Shown here: one piece after another, positions 11,295 through 20,628 of the stretch | How the letters are laid out: every line of letters begins with the position of its first letter | How positions within the stretch are numbered: position 1 is the stretch's first letter | Origin: an uncultured Candidatus Saccharibacteria bacterium | GTDB lineage: Bacteria > Patescibacteriota > Minisyncoccia > Phycocordibacterales > PALSA-1337 | Direction of reading: 5' to 3' | Assembly (NCBI GenBank): GCA_964467225.1 | Contig: CAYXPQ010000003.1 | Span: 4,276-68,275, forward strand | Length of the DNA: 64,000 bases | Program-made: the position numbers and the translations under genes | The notes under the pieces: generated by a model | What the model saw: the letters and a program-made list of their open reading frames with translations, nothing else | Databases searched by the model: none | Told to the model about the DNA's origin: nothing

Positions 11295-11411
11295 ATGAAG
11301 GTAAAGGCTTCAGTTAAGAAAATTTGCTCAAAATGTAGTGTAGTCCGAAGAAAAGGCTATGTTTATGTTATCTGTAAATCTAATCCTCGCCACAAACAGC
11401 GACAAGGCTAA
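11295..11411 (+). CDS. rpmJ: ribosomal protein L36 (not in ORF track)
   Basis: Hand translation: [38 protein letters not shown] stop; classic L36 CxxC...C...H zinc ribbon; position infA-rpmJ-rpsM conserved. Confidence 0.85.
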   Translation: MKVKASVKKICSKCSVVRRKGYVYVICKSNPRHKQRQG

Positions 11412-11419
11412 TAAAATTT

Positions 11420-11800
11420 ATGAGAATACTTGGTATTACAATTCCAGACACAAAACGACTTGAGATTTCACTCACTACTCTTTATGGTATTGGAAGATCT
11501 AGAGCACTTTTAATATTAAAGAAGGCAAAAATTGATCCAAGCATGAAGGCTAAGGATCTTTCTGTAGATCAAGAGAATGAGGTTAGAAAAATAATAGAAT
11601 CATTTAGAATTGAAGGAGATCTTAAGCGAGAAGTTGCCTCAAATATAAAGAGATTGAAGGATATAAAGACATATAGAGGTAGTCGACATGCAAGAAGATT
11701 ACCAGCTAGAGGCCAAAGAACAAAGACAAATTCTAGAACAATCAGAGGTAATATTAGAAAGACAATGGGTTCAGGAAGAAAGAAAGAAGAAAAGAAATAA
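11420..11800 (+). CDS. rpsM: ribosomal protein S13
   Basis: [29 protein letters not shown] typical S13 N-terminus. Confidence 0.95.
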   Translation: MRILGITIPDTKRLEISLTTLYGIGRSRALLILKKAKIDPSMKAKDLSVDQENEVRKIIESFRIEGDLKREVASNIKRLKDIKTYRGSRHARRLPARGQRTKTNSRTIRGNIRKTMGSGRKKEEKK

Positions 11801-11812
11801 AATAATAAAATT

Positions 11813-12241
11813 ATGGGAAAAAAAAGAATTGTTACAACTGAAGATAATTCAAAGGAAAGTGCAACAAAGCAGCTTGTTTCTTCAACTAAGAAAAAGCTTG
11901 ATGTTGGAATTCTTTTCGTTCAATCAACCTATAATAATACAAAGGTTCAGTTAGCTGATTCCGATGGTAATATTGTTATGTGGTCTTCAGCAGGATCTCT
12001 TGGTTTCAAGGGTGCAAAGAAGGGTACACCTTTCGCAGCAGCAAAGGTCGGAGAGACTCTAGCACTTAAGGCTCAAACACTAGGAGTAAAAGAGATTAGT
12101 GTTATAGTGAAGGGTGTAGGTTCTGGTCGGGAATCAGCTATAAGAGGTTTTATTTCAAAGGGAGTGGCTATTTCATCAATTAAAGATGAGACACCAGTCC
12201 CTTTTAACGGCCCTCAACCAAAAAAGCCACGAAGAGTATAA
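11813..12241 (+). CDS. rpsK: ribosomal protein S11
   Basis: GILFVQSTYNNTKVQLADSDGN...SSAGSLGFKGAKKGTPFAA typical S11. Confidence 0.95.
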   Translation: MGKKRIVTTEDNSKESATKQLVSSTKKKLDVGILFVQSTYNNTKVQLADSDGNIVMWSSAGSLGFKGAKKGTPFAAAKVGETLALKAQTLGVKEISVIVKGVGSGRESAIRGFISKGVAISSIKDETPVPFNGPQPKKPRRV

Positions 12242-12257
12242 TTATTTATTTATATAT

Positions 12258-12863
12258 ATGAAAATTGGACCAAGATACAAAATAGCAAGAAGACTCGGAG
12301 CAAATGTGTTCGAAAAGACACAAGGTCAAAAGTTTGCAGTGCGTTCAAGTCAAAATACTCAACCTTCAAAAAGACCACGAACTAAGAGTGATTATGGACT
12401 TGGACTTTTGGAGAAACAGAAGGCTAGATATAGTTATGGTATAACAAGTAAGCAATTTTCAAATTATGTAAAGAAAGCTACAGAGAAGAAAGGTAATTCT
12501 GCAGATTTACTAGTATCATTACTTGAATCAAGATTAGATAATGTTGCATTGAGAGCAGGATATGCAGTAACCAGACAAGCAGCAAGACAATTAACATCAC
12601 ATGGTCATTTAACAGTTAATGGGGTAATTATTACAATACCATCATATCAAGTTAAAGCTGGAGATGTGGTTGGTATAAGAGAGGGTAGCAAAAAGAAAGC
12701 TATTTTCAATACCCTAGACGAAAGACTAAAAACTATCAAATTACCTTCATGGCTAAAACTAAATTTTGACAAGAAAGAAGTTACTGTAGACGGAATTCCA
12801 CATGCACAGCATTCAGAATTGTTATTCAGTCCGGGTGCAGTTTTGGAGTTTTATAGCCGTTAA
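12258..12863 (+). CDS. rpsD: ribosomal protein S4
   Basis: MKIGPRYKIARRLG... S4 N-terminus; track ORF 12186 extends upstream into rpsK, ATG at 12258 chosen. Confidence 0.9.
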   Translation: MKIGPRYKIARRLGANVFEKTQGQKFAVRSSQNTQPSKRPRTKSDYGLGLLEKQKARYSYGITSKQFSNYVKKATEKKGNSADLLVSLLESRLDNVALRAGYAVTRQAARQLTSHGHLTVNGVIITIPSYQVKAGDVVGIREGSKKKAIFNTLDERLKTIKLPSWLKLNFDKKEVTVDGIPHAQHSELLFSPGAVLEFYSR

Positions 12864-12892
12864 AATTAATATTTTTAATTAATAAAAAATAT

Positions 12893-13864
12893 ATGCCAAA
12901 TCATGCAATTGTAATTCCATCAAAGCCAAAAATTATCCGCGAAGAAGGTTTTATTGGTACGTACGAAATAGATGGTCTTTATCCTGGATACGGACACACT
13001 CTTGGTAATTCATTGAGAAGAATTATTCTCTCCTCTATTTCTGGAGCAGCGGTTACTCAAACAAAAATAAAAGGAGTTGAACATGAGTTCTCATCAATTA
13101 ATGGAGTTAAAGAGGATGTAATTACAATTTTATTGAATCTTAAGAAATTAAGAATTAAGCTTATAACAGATGAGTCTCAAACAATTACCATAAAGGCTAA
13201 AGGTGCTAGGAAAGTAACAGCAAAGGACATTGAGGTTCCTGGACAAGTGGAAATTCTAAATCCAGAATTACATATTGCAGAACTTACAGATAAAAGTGCT
13301 GATTTGGATATTGAAATGACAGTAGAGAAGGGATTGGGTTATGTATCAAAGGATATTCTAAGAAAGGATAGAGTTGATATTGGAACAATTTCACTTGATG
13401 CAACCTTCACACCTATAAGAAAGGCAAATTATGAAGTTGAGAATATGCGTGTGGGTGATAGAACAGATTTCAATAGATTAAGAATCACAATCGAAACAGA
13501 TGGTACTCTTACACCACATGAAGCTCTTGAACAATCTATAACCTTGATGATTCATCAATTGAAGGCTATTGTTGGATTTAAGGAAGAAGAAGTGGTTGAA
13601 GAAGTAAAGGTAGCTAAGAAAGATGAGGGCGAAGCAGAAGGAGAATCAAAGCAAGAAGTTGATGTAGAATTTCTAAAGACTAGAATTGATGCTATTGGAC
13701 TTTCTGCAAGAACGGTAAAGGCACTTTCAAATGCTAATATAAGAACAGTTGGAGGCCTAACAAGAAAGAAGGAAATCGATATTCTTGATGTTGAAGGATT
13801 GGGAGGTAAGGGTATTCAAGAAATAAAGAAGGTACTTGCAAATTATGGCATTACATTAAAATAA
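12893..13864 (+). CDS. rpoA: DNA-directed RNA polymerase alpha subunit
   Basis: N-terminal domain GYGHTLGNSLRRILLSS-like motif, C-terminal alpha-CTD; operon position. Confidence 0.95.
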   Translation: MPNHAIVIPSKPKIIREEGFIGTYEIDGLYPGYGHTLGNSLRRIILSSISGAAVTQTKIKGVEHEFSSINGVKEDVITILLNLKKLRIKLITDESQTITIKAKGARKVTAKDIEVPGQVEILNPELHIAELTDKSADLDIEMTVEKGLGYVSKDILRKDRVDIGTISLDATFTPIRKANYEVENMRVGDRTDFNRLRITIETDGTLTPHEALEQSITLMIHQLKAIVGFKEEEVVEEVKVAKKDEGEAEGESKQEVDVEFLKTRIDAIGLSARTVKALSNANIRTVGGLTRKKEIDILDVEGLGGKGIQEIKKVLANYGITLK

Positions 13865-13868
13865 TTAT

Positions 13869-14219
13869 ATGAGACACCATTCAGTTAAAAGAAAATTCGG
13901 CTTAAAGAAAGATCAAAGAAATGCTTTGATGCGCTCACTTGCTAGAAATTTAATCAATGAAAGTAGAATTACAACTACTCTCGCTAAGGCAAAAGAATTA
14001 AGACCATACATTGAGAAATTGGTTACAAAGGCAAGAACAGGAACACTTGCTTCAAGAAGAGTTATTATTTCTCAAGTTGGAGGAGTCAAGGAGACAAAGA
14101 CTCTAGTAGAGAAAGTAGCTCCAAAATACAAGGATAGAAATGGAGGATACACAAGAATTATTAAGCTTTCACGTCGAGAATTAGATGCCGCCCCAATGGC
14201 CCTTATAGAATTTGTATAA
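13869..14219 (+). CDS. rplQ: ribosomal protein L17
   Basis: MRHHSVKRKFGLKKDQRNALMRSLARNL typical L17. Confidence 0.95.
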   Translation: MRHHSVKRKFGLKKDQRNALMRSLARNLINESRITTTLAKAKELRPYIEKLVTKARTGTLASRRVIISQVGGVKETKTLVEKVAPKYKDRNGGYTRIIKLSRRELDAAPMALIEFV

Positions 14220-14230
14220 TATTTAATACC

Positions 14231-14575
14231 ATGATTCATACTATAGATGCACAAGGAAAGAAGATCGGAAGAGTTGCTAGCGAAGCAGCAACATTTCTAA
14301 TGGGCAAAAGAACAACCACTTTTACAAGAAATAAGCTTTCTGGTATTAAGGTTAATATTGTTAATGCAAATAAGGTTGCTATTGATATAAAGAAAATGAC
14401 TGACAAAGAATATGTAACCTTCACAGGATTCAGAGGTGGTATCAATACAGAGAAGCTTGCTGATCTTATAGCAAGAAAGGGTACTACAGAAGTACTTGAA
14501 AGAGCTGTATATCGTATGTTACCTTCTAATAGTCTTAGAAAGGAAATGATGAAGAACTTAACTATTACTGCATAA
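14231..14575 (+). CDS. rplM: ribosomal protein L13
   Basis: IDAQGKKIGRVASEAATFLMGK typical L13 N-terminus. Confidence 0.95.
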   Translation: MIHTIDAQGKKIGRVASEAATFLMGKRTTTFTRNKLSGIKVNIVNANKVAIDIKKMTDKEYVTFTGFRGGINTEKLADLIARKGTTEVLERAVYRMLPSNSLRKEMMKNLTITA

Positions 14576-14579
14576 ATAT

Positions 14580-14993
14580 ATGACAATAACAAAAACAACA
14601 GACAAATACATTGAAACAGTAGGTCGAAGAAAGACTGCTGTAGCTCGTGTAAGAATCACACCAGCATCAAAGATGTCATACGATATCAATGGTAAGACAG
14701 TTGAGCAATATTTCCCTACAAAGGAATTACAAACTACAGCAACAGAATCATTTGGAGCATCAAAGCTAAGTGAGACGAAGTTCAAGATTACAGTAGTAGC
14801 TAAGGGTGGAGGTATAAGTGGACAAGCTGAAGCTATAAGACATGGTATCGCTAGAGCCTTGATTGAATATGACAAAGAGCTAAGAGGCAAGTTAAAGAAA
14901 GCTGGATTGCTTAAGAGAGACCCAAGAGCAAAAGAAAGAAGAAAGTTCGGTCTTAAGAAAGCCCGAAAGTCACCTCAGTGGTCAAAGAGATAA
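14580..14993 (+). CDS. rpsI: ribosomal protein S9
   Basis: GRRKTAVARVRI... and C-terminal RKFGLKKARKSPQWSKR. Confidence 0.95.
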   Translation: MTITKTTDKYIETVGRRKTAVARVRITPASKMSYDINGKTVEQYFPTKELQTTATESFGASKLSETKFKITVVAKGGGISGQAEAIRHGIARALIEYDKELRGKLKKAGLLKRDPRAKERRKFGLKKARKSPQWSKR

Positions 14994-15051
14994 TCAAGAA
15001 ACAATTCAGCACTTGCTGGATTTTTCTTTTATCCGTATACTTTAAATACCT

Positions 15052-15594
15052 ATGAATGAAAATGATGATATCAAAATTGAAAAAGACGAGAATCTAGATG
15101 ATTCAGTTATAGCTGAAGAAGTAGCTCTTGAGACTGTAAAAGTCCTAAAAGAGAAGCTCAAAAAGGCAGAGGAAGAGAAGCATGAATATCTCAATAATTG
15201 GCAAAGAGATAAAGCTGATTTTATTAATGCTCGTAAGCGCGATGAAGAAGCTCAAAAGGATTTTGCACGCTTCTCAAATGAAAGTCTAATTTCCGAGCTA
15301 ATACCAGTTCTAGATAGTTTCAATATGGCCATGGGTAATAAAGAAGCATGGGAGAAAGCTGATAAGAACTGGAGAACAGGCGTAGAATATATATATAACC
15401 AATTGAGCAAAGTCCTTCAAGAATTTGGTCTAAAAGAAATAAATCCAATAGGACAGGTATTTAACCCTATGCGTGATGAAGCTATTGAACATGAAGGTGA
15501 GGGGAGTATCGTTACAGAAGTAATCCAAAAGGGCTATGAACTTCACGGTAAGGTTCTAAAGGCACCTAAAGTTAAGGTTGGTGATGGTAAATAA
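15052..15594 (+). CDS. grpE: nucleotide exchange factor GrpE
   Basis: Coiled-coil N-term, NYLNNWQRDKADFINARKR and C-terminal beta domain; directly upstream of dnaK. Confidence 0.9.
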   Translation: MNENDDIKIEKDENLDDSVIAEEVALETVKVLKEKLKKAEEEKHEYLNNWQRDKADFINARKRDEEAQKDFARFSNESLISELIPVLDSFNMAMGNKEAWEKADKNWRTGVEYIYNQLSKVLQEFGLKEINPIGQVFNPMRDEAIEHEGEGSIVTEVIQKGYELHGKVLKAPKVKVGDGK

Positions 15595-15598
15595 ATGA

Positions 15599-15672
15599 AA
15601 AGGCGGTCGCTTGTGAAAGCGAACCGCCTGTTCGGGTGACTTGTGAAGTTTGAAGGTGTCACCCTGTGCCTT
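15599..15672. terminator. two tandem GC-rich hairpins (15601-15629 and 15634-15664), bidirectional terminator between grpE (+) and a minus-strand small gene
   Basis: AGGCGGTCGC...GCGAACCGCCT and GGGTGAC-17nt-GTCACCC; U-tracts on the minus-strand reading. Confidence 0.55.
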
Positions 15673-15888
15673 TTATCCAATTTTCTCAATCAGCTCCAGT
15701 CTTTCGAACGGGGTGAATGGCTGATCGGGAAATGCTTTTTCCAACTCGCTGATAATCATCCATTTTCCCATTTCCCTCTGGATACCAACTGTGCCGGCCG
15801 CATTCAGTTGGCTTCTGATTTGTTCGATGAAGGGAGTCAGATCGCGCTTCTGAGCTGTAGATTCGGATGTGTTTGTATGAGTTTGCAT
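15673..15888 (-). CDS. hypothetical small protein (71 aa) in GC-rich island; could alternatively be a small RNA
   Basis: ATG start verified; minus-strand TTGACA-16/17-TATATA promoter ends ~10 nt before ATG (leaderless); local GC far above flanks. Confidence 0.35.
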   Translation of the reverse strand: MQTHTNTSESTAQKRDLTPFIEQIRSQLNAAGTVGIQREMGKWMIISELEKAFPDQPFTPFERLELIEKIG

Positions 15889-15963
15889 CTATCAAAAGTA
15901 TATAACATAAGTACTGAGTTTGTCAATATATACAACCCTCAAATTTTGATATAATTCATTCCA

Positions 15964-16257
15964 ATGTTAGTCACTAAAAATCAACAACTAAACAGCATAT
16001 TCGAAAGAATTGTTAGAGACAAGAATGGTGTTCTTGTAAGAGTGCGATTTACTATTGTTGAAATTAACGGAGTATTTCAAGGTCAGATCATTTCTGCTAC
16101 TCCTCTTGTGCAAGAACAAGCTATTTGTTTACCTTGTGAGAAGCAGGCTACAGTTGCTATTGAGAAGGATTTAGTTTTCTCTGATAAGATAGTTTCGCCA
16201 TTTTTCTCTTTAGATTTCTTTATGAGTCAACCAACTCGGGCACCTGCAAGTAGATAA
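15964..16257 (+). CDS. hypothetical protein (97 aa)
   Basis: ORF with ATG start between grpE and dnaK; no family recognised. Confidence 0.35.
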   Translation: MLVTKNQQLNSIFERIVRDKNGVLVRVRFTIVEINGVFQGQIISATPLVQEQAICLPCEKQATVAIEKDLVFSDKIVSPFFSLDFFMSQPTRAPASR

Positions 16258-16298
16258 ATATTTTGTTTTATTAACATTAATATTTAACCTATTTAATT

Positions 16299-18212
16299 AT
16301 GTCCAAAATAATCGGAATCGACTTAGGTACCACCAACTCTGCCGTTGCAGTGATGGAAGCAGGTACACCAAAAATATTAGAGAATTCAGAAGGTGCTAGA
16401 ACAACACCATCTATTGTCGCATTGTCTAAGACAGGCGAGAGAATGGTAGGACTACTAGCCAAGAGACAAGGAGTAACAAATCCCAAGAATACAATTTATC
16501 AAATCAAGAGATTCATCGGACATAACTTCGATGATCCAGCAGTGCAGAAGGATAGAGCGTCTGTGCCTTTCGAAATGCAAAAGTCAGCATCAGGTGGAAT
16601 AGAGGTGAAGATGGGAGATAAATGGTATAGACCAGAGGAAATTTCTGCAATGATATTAGGAAAAATGAAGGCGGATGCAGAATCAAGACTTGGTCAACCA
16701 GTTACAGAAGCAGTTATTACCGTTCCGGCTTACTTCAACGATGCACAGAGACAAGCAACAAAGGATGCAGGTAAGATAGCAGGACTAGATGTAAAAAGAA
16801 TAATCAATGAGCCTACTGCTGCAGCATTGGCTTATGGATTTGATAAGAAGAAGGATGAGAAAATTGTAGTATTCGACTTCGGTGGAGGAACATTCGATAT
16901 ATCAGTACTAGAAGTCGGAGATGATGTAGTAGAGGTAAAGTCTACAGACGGAGATGCTCATCTTGGAGGTAAGGATATAGATCAGAAGATTATTAATTGG
17001 CTTGCAGAGGAATTCAAGAAGCAAGAGGGAATTGATGTTAGAAAGGATGCTCTAGCTCTTCAGAGATTAGACGAAGCTGCTGAGAAGGCAAAGATAGAGC
17101 TTTCAACAGCAATGCAAACAGAGATTAATATTCCATTCTTAACTTCTGGTGCTGATGGACCAAAGCATTTGCTCTTAGTTATGACAAGAGCCAAGCTTGA
17201 GGAACTAACACAGGAATTTATTGATAGAGCAATGGAGATCACAAAGCGAGCAATGGCGAGTTCTCCATTTAAGATAGCTGATATTAACGAAGTTATTCTT
17301 GTAGGAGGACAGACTCGTATGCCAGCTATGCAAAAGGCTGTGAAGGATTTCTTCGGCAAGGAATTACACCTAGGTGTGAATCCTGACGAGGTGGTTGCGG
17401 TTGGAGCTGCTATTCAAGGAGGTATTCTTGCGGGTGATGTAAAAGGAGTACTCCTTCTTGATGTTACCCCACTTTCTCTATCAATAGAGACTATGGGTGG
17501 TGTGGCTACAAAATTGATAGATAAAAACACCACAATTCCAACTCAGAAGTCTCAAATCTTCTCTACAGCTGCGGACAATCAAACATCCGTAGAGATTCAC
17601 ATAACTCAGGGAGAAAGAGCTATGTCAGCGGATAACAAGTCTCTAGGAAGATTTATCCTAGATGGTATTGCTCCAGCACCAAGAGGAATGCCACAAGTTG
17701 AGGTTACATTTGATCTTGATGCCAATGGTATCCTATCAGTAACAGCCAAAGACAAAGCTACAGGCAAAGCTAATTCTATAAAGATAACTGCAAGTTCTGG
17801 TCTTTCAAAAGAAGAAGTTGAAAAGATGAAAAAGGAAGCAGAAATGCATGCAGCAGAAGATGCAAAGAAAAAGGAAATGGTAGAAGCCAAGAATATGGCA
17901 GAACAGCTGATTCATACTTCAGAGAAATCATTGAAAGATGCAGGGGATAAGGTTCCTGCAGATTTGAGGAAATCCATTGAGGATAAAATTGCTGATGTAA
18001 AAACAGCAAAGGAGGGAACAGATCTTGCTCAATTGAAGAAAGTTACAGAGACTCTTTCATCTGAACTTTCAAAAATAGGTGAGATATTGTCTAAAGTTCA
18101 AGCAGAACAATCACAGCAGACTCCACCAGCAGGAGGACCAACAGGAAATGCAGGAGATGCAAAGGGTACAGAGGGAGATGTGAAAGATGCAGAATTTAAG
18201 GAGAAGAAGTAG
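16299..18212 (+). CDS. dnaK: molecular chaperone DnaK (Hsp70)
   Basis: [33 protein letters not shown] signatures; 637 aa. Confidence 0.97.
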   Translation: MSKIIGIDLGTTNSAVAVMEAGTPKILENSEGARTTPSIVALSKTGERMVGLLAKRQGVTNPKNTIYQIKRFIGHNFDDPAVQKDRASVPFEMQKSASGGIEVKMGDKWYRPEEISAMILGKMKADAESRLGQPVTEAVITVPAYFNDAQRQATKDAGKIAGLDVKRIINEPTAAALAYGFDKKKDEKIVVFDFGGGTFDISVLEVGDDVVEVKSTDGDAHLGGKDIDQKIINWLAEEFKKQEGIDVRKDALALQRLDEAAEKAKIELSTAMQTEINIPFLTSGADGPKHLLLVMTRAKLEELTQEFIDRAMEITKRAMASSPFKIADINEVILVGGQTRMPAMQKAVKDFFGKELHLGVNPDEVVAVGAAIQGGILAGDVKGVLLLDVTPLSLSIETMGGVATKLIDKNTTIPTQKSQIFSTAADNQTSVEIHITQGERAMSADNKSLGRFILDGIAPAPRGMPQVEVTFDLDANGILSVTAKDKATGKANSIKITASSGLSKEEVEKMKKEAEMHAAEDAKKKEMVEAKNMAEQLIHTSEKSLKDAGDKVPADLRKSIEDKIADVKTAKEGTDLAQLKKVTETLSSELSKIGEILSKVQAEQSQQTPPAGGPTGNAGDAKGTEGDVKDAEFKEKK

Positions 18213-18228
18213 TTAAAAGAAAACAAAT

Positions 18229-18274
18229 ATAAAAATCGAAGCCGGTGACTCATGTTGAGTTACCGGCTTTGGTG
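18229..18274. terminator. intrinsic terminator hairpin after dnaK; copy 1 of a duplicated ~46-bp element
   Basis: GCCGGTGACTC-atgtt-GAGTTACCGGC then T-rich; on the minus strand the hairpin is followed by TTTTTATATTTGTTTT, so bidirectional. Confidence 0.7.
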
Positions 18275-18283
18275 TATTTCGTT

Positions 18284-18718
18284 CTATTTTGATTGGATAT
18301 TTTGAAGAATCTCTTTTACGAGGTTATCACTCGGATTGCTTGGAAGATCTCTGGAAATGTTAAGTAGTCTATTGAATTCACTGAGTGTACATGATTTAAC
18401 GCCAGATTTTGCAACAGCAATAATGATTGGCAAGATATCCTTGGTGTATGTTTTACTCAAAGTAGAGTTGCTGCCCCGAAAGGTAACATCTGCAAAATCA
18501 ATTCCATTTTGTCTCATCTCATTCTCGCTTGTACTGAGTACGGATGATAGTTTATCTATTGAATGGTTTGGGAGCCTATTTTTGTGTAGGAGCTGTCGGA
18601 ATGTTTTATATGGAATATCAATCATCTCAGACAATTCCTTGAATGTTGAGATGCCCTTCTCTCTCATTTTTTTAAGAAGAAAGTCTCTCCGTAAATCAGA
18701 ACTTTTACTTGTATTCAT
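18284..18718 (-). CDS. XRE-family helix-turn-helix transcriptional regulator
   Basis: ISTFKELSEMIDIPYKTFRQLLHKNRLPNHSIDKLSSVL resembles Cro/C1-type HTH; track start 18727 is TTG, ATG at 18718. Confidence 0.55.
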   Translation of the reverse strand: MNTSKSSDLRRDFLLKKMREKGISTFKELSEMIDIPYKTFRQLLHKNRLPNHSIDKLSSVLSTSENEMRQNGIDFADVTFRGSNSTLSKTYTKDILPIIIAVAKSGVKSCTLSEFNRLLNISRDLPSNPSDNLVKEILQNIQSK

Positions 18719-18759
18719 TTGCTTCAAAATTCTTCAACTATAATACAACAAACTAGTAA

Positions 18760-18875
18760 GAAGTAAAGCTTCCCAGTTATTGCATTAGTTGCAACTACTT
18801 GATTCATGTAGAAGTAATTTGCAAAATTTGCACATTGCAATATGTATAGTACAACTGTTTCCAAAATGGAAACTT
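18760..18875. promoter_or_regulatory. putative operator: clustered TTGCA direct/inverted repeats upstream of the XRE regulator gene
   Basis: TTGCAttagTTGCAAc and TTTGCAaaaTTTGCAcaTTGCAat in the 5' region of the minus-strand HTH gene. Confidence 0.3.
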
Positions 18876-18883
18876 AAATTGCA

Positions 18884-18928
18884 TAAAAATCGAAGCCGGT
18901 GACTCGTGTAGAGTTACCGGCTTTCGTG
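18884..18928. repeat. copy 2 of the ~46-bp terminator hairpin element (about 93 percent identical to 18229-18274)
   Basis: ataaaaatcgaaGCCGGTGACTCgtgtaGAGTTACCGGCtttcgtg; acts as terminator for minus-strand gene ending at 18936. Confidence 0.65.
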
Positions 18929-18935
18929 CTGCTTC

Positions 18936-19124
18936 CTACTTCTGTCCATTATCATCGGGGATTCGCTGTCTTCCGCCATTTCTTTCGATGATCTCTTCTG
19001 TTGGCTCTTGCGTTGTTTTCTCTGTGGGTCCCTTCTGTAGTGGAAAGAAATAAAGGATTGTACCGATGATTGTTATGGCGATAGCAAGCGCTATCAGGCC
19101 AATAAATGATTGAATCAGTCTCAT
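18936..19124 (-). CDS. hypothetical small membrane protein (62 aa)
   Basis: Single TM LIALAIAITIIGTILYFF then charged tail; ATG start. Confidence 0.4.
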   Translation of the reverse strand: MRLIQSFIGLIALAIAITIIGTILYFFPLQKGPTEKTTQEPTEEIIERNGGRQRIPDDNGQK

Positions 19125-19255
19125 GTCCTTACATAATATAACATATAATTATGTAAAAGTAAAGCTTTTGTCATTCAACCATAATTATCTTGGCTCCGGA
19201 ACTTCACAGGCATTTCAGACTTGATATTATTTATTATTATTCTAATACTTATACA

Positions 19256-20269
19256 ATGGTAAAAATCAATCTAAAAAATGCTGAAAATGGAAAACTAATA
19301 ATTTATACAGGACCAAAGGGTGTAGTGGAACTAAGAGCAGATACGGATAGCGAGACAATTTGGGCTACGCAAGACCAAATTGCAGATTTATTTGGTACTC
19401 AAAGACCAGCTATTACAAAGCATTTGAAAAATATTTTTGAGTCAAAGGAGTTAGAGCTAAATTCAGTTAGTTCCATTTTGGAACATACTGCCCAAGATGG
19501 TAAGCGTTATAAGGTTAATTTCTACAATCTAGATGCAATTATTGCGGTTGGATATAGGGTTAACTCCAAGAAAGCCACTCAATTCCGTATTTGGTCCACC
19601 AAAACACTAAGAGAGTATCTAATCAAGGGAATTGTAATTAATAATGACAGAATAAACAAATTACCAGACAGAATACTTGCAGATCTTGATGAGAAAATTA
19701 GCTTTATTCAGCGAACAATTAAGAAAAGAGAGTTAAATCAGAGTGAGACTGAAAGCCTGCTTTCAGTTATACATGACTATGCGAATTCATGGAAATTTCT
19801 TAAAGAATATGATGAGGGAGAATTGAAGCTTAAAAAGGGTAAGAGTAAAGAACAAAAGCATTTTGACTATGAGTTTGTTAGGAATGCTATTGATGTATTA
19901 AAAAAGGATTTAATGGATAAGCAACAGGCCTCTGATCTATTCGGTTCAGAAAGAGATGGTACATTTCAAGGTATTCTAAAGACGATATATCAAACATTTG
20001 GTGGTAAGGAATTATATTCAAGTCTTGATGAGAAGGCAGCTCATTTACTTTATTTCATTATAAAGGACCATCCATTTTCTGATGGTAACAAGAGAATAGG
20101 ATCATTCGTATTCATTTATTTCCTGAAATTAAATGGAATTCTGCTGAGAAGTAATGGAGAGGCAAAGATCAATGACAATACACTTGTTGCTCTAGCTCTT
20201 CTAATAGCTGAGAGTAATCCAAATGATAAAGAGCTTATGGTCGCACTTACTACAAATCTGCTTGCATAA
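19256..20269 (+). CDS. RhuM-family protein with C-terminal Fic/DOC-like domain
   Basis: N-term IWATQDQIADLFGT...YNLDAIIAVGYRVNSKKATQFRIWSTK matches RhuM; C-term HPFSDGNKRIGSFVF is a Fic motif variant (HPFx[DE]GN[GK]R); track start 19190 is TTG, ATG at 19256. Confidence 0.8.
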   Translation: MVKINLKNAENGKLIIYTGPKGVVELRADTDSETIWATQDQIADLFGTQRPAITKHLKNIFESKELELNSVSSILEHTAQDGKRYKVNFYNLDAIIAVGYRVNSKKATQFRIWSTKTLREYLIKGIVINNDRINKLPDRILADLDEKISFIQRTIKKRELNQSETESLLSVIHDYANSWKFLKEYDEGELKLKKGKSKEQKHFDYEFVRNAIDVLKKDLMDKQQASDLFGSERDGTFQGILKTIYQTFGGKELYSSLDEKAAHLLYFIIKDHPFSDGNKRIGSFVFIYFLKLNGILLRSNGEAKINDNTLVALALLIAESNPNDKELMVALTTNLLA

Positions 20270-20341
20270 AATTAAAAAGCACCCGACGGGATTGGACCGT
20301 GGGGTGCTGTAAATGGTGGGAAGAGTACCAGTTTGGTCAGC

Positions 20342-20527
20342 TCAAGCTTTCTTGAAACTGACAATTTGATGCATCTGGAATGTTGTCCATGGTGCATCAC
20401 TGTCGTACTCGGCGATCTCTATGTAGTCTTGGCCGACCTCCTTAAGAATTCCTTTGGAGGTTCCTTTTGTCGTTTCGACCGCGATTTTTACATTGACTAG
20501 TTGATCAAGCTTTGTTCTGAAGGTCAT
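20342..20527 (-). CDS. hypothetical small protein (61 aa), possibly Sm-like fold; GC-rich
   Basis: ATG verified; TTGACT-17-TAATAT promoter upstream on minus strand; alternating beta-like pattern VKIAVETTKGTSKGILKEVGQDYIEIAEY. Confidence 0.4.
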   Translation of the reverse strand: MTFRTKLDQLVNVKIAVETTKGTSKGILKEVGQDYIEIAEYDSDAPWTTFQMHQIVSFKKA

Positions 20528-20628
20528 ATTGCAATGGAGCTGATTGTTGTTACCCTTTTATATATTATCACATATACATGAAAAAGTCAATAGTTAAAAT
20601 AATCATAATATTTGCTATAATCACCGCC

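Noticed and set aside
14995-15052. CIRCE heat-shock operator upstream of grpE
   Set aside because: Only a half-site-like TCAGCACTT is present, without the 9-nt spacer and inverted partner. No hrcA is in the window.
2163-17890. Numerous antisense or frame-shifted track ORFs inside well-supported genes (for example 2163-2372-, 2436-2681-, 3549-3737-, 6976-7287-, 9469-9720-, 10615-10833-, 11688-11954+, 14072-14254-, 14236-14598-, 14558-14890-, 15643-15954+, 15686-15895-, 16289-16486-, 17060-17359-, 17606-17890-)
   Set aside because: All overlap conserved protein-coding genes on the opposite strand or in another frame. Their products are low-complexity with no recognisable domains. They are typical of shadow ORFs.
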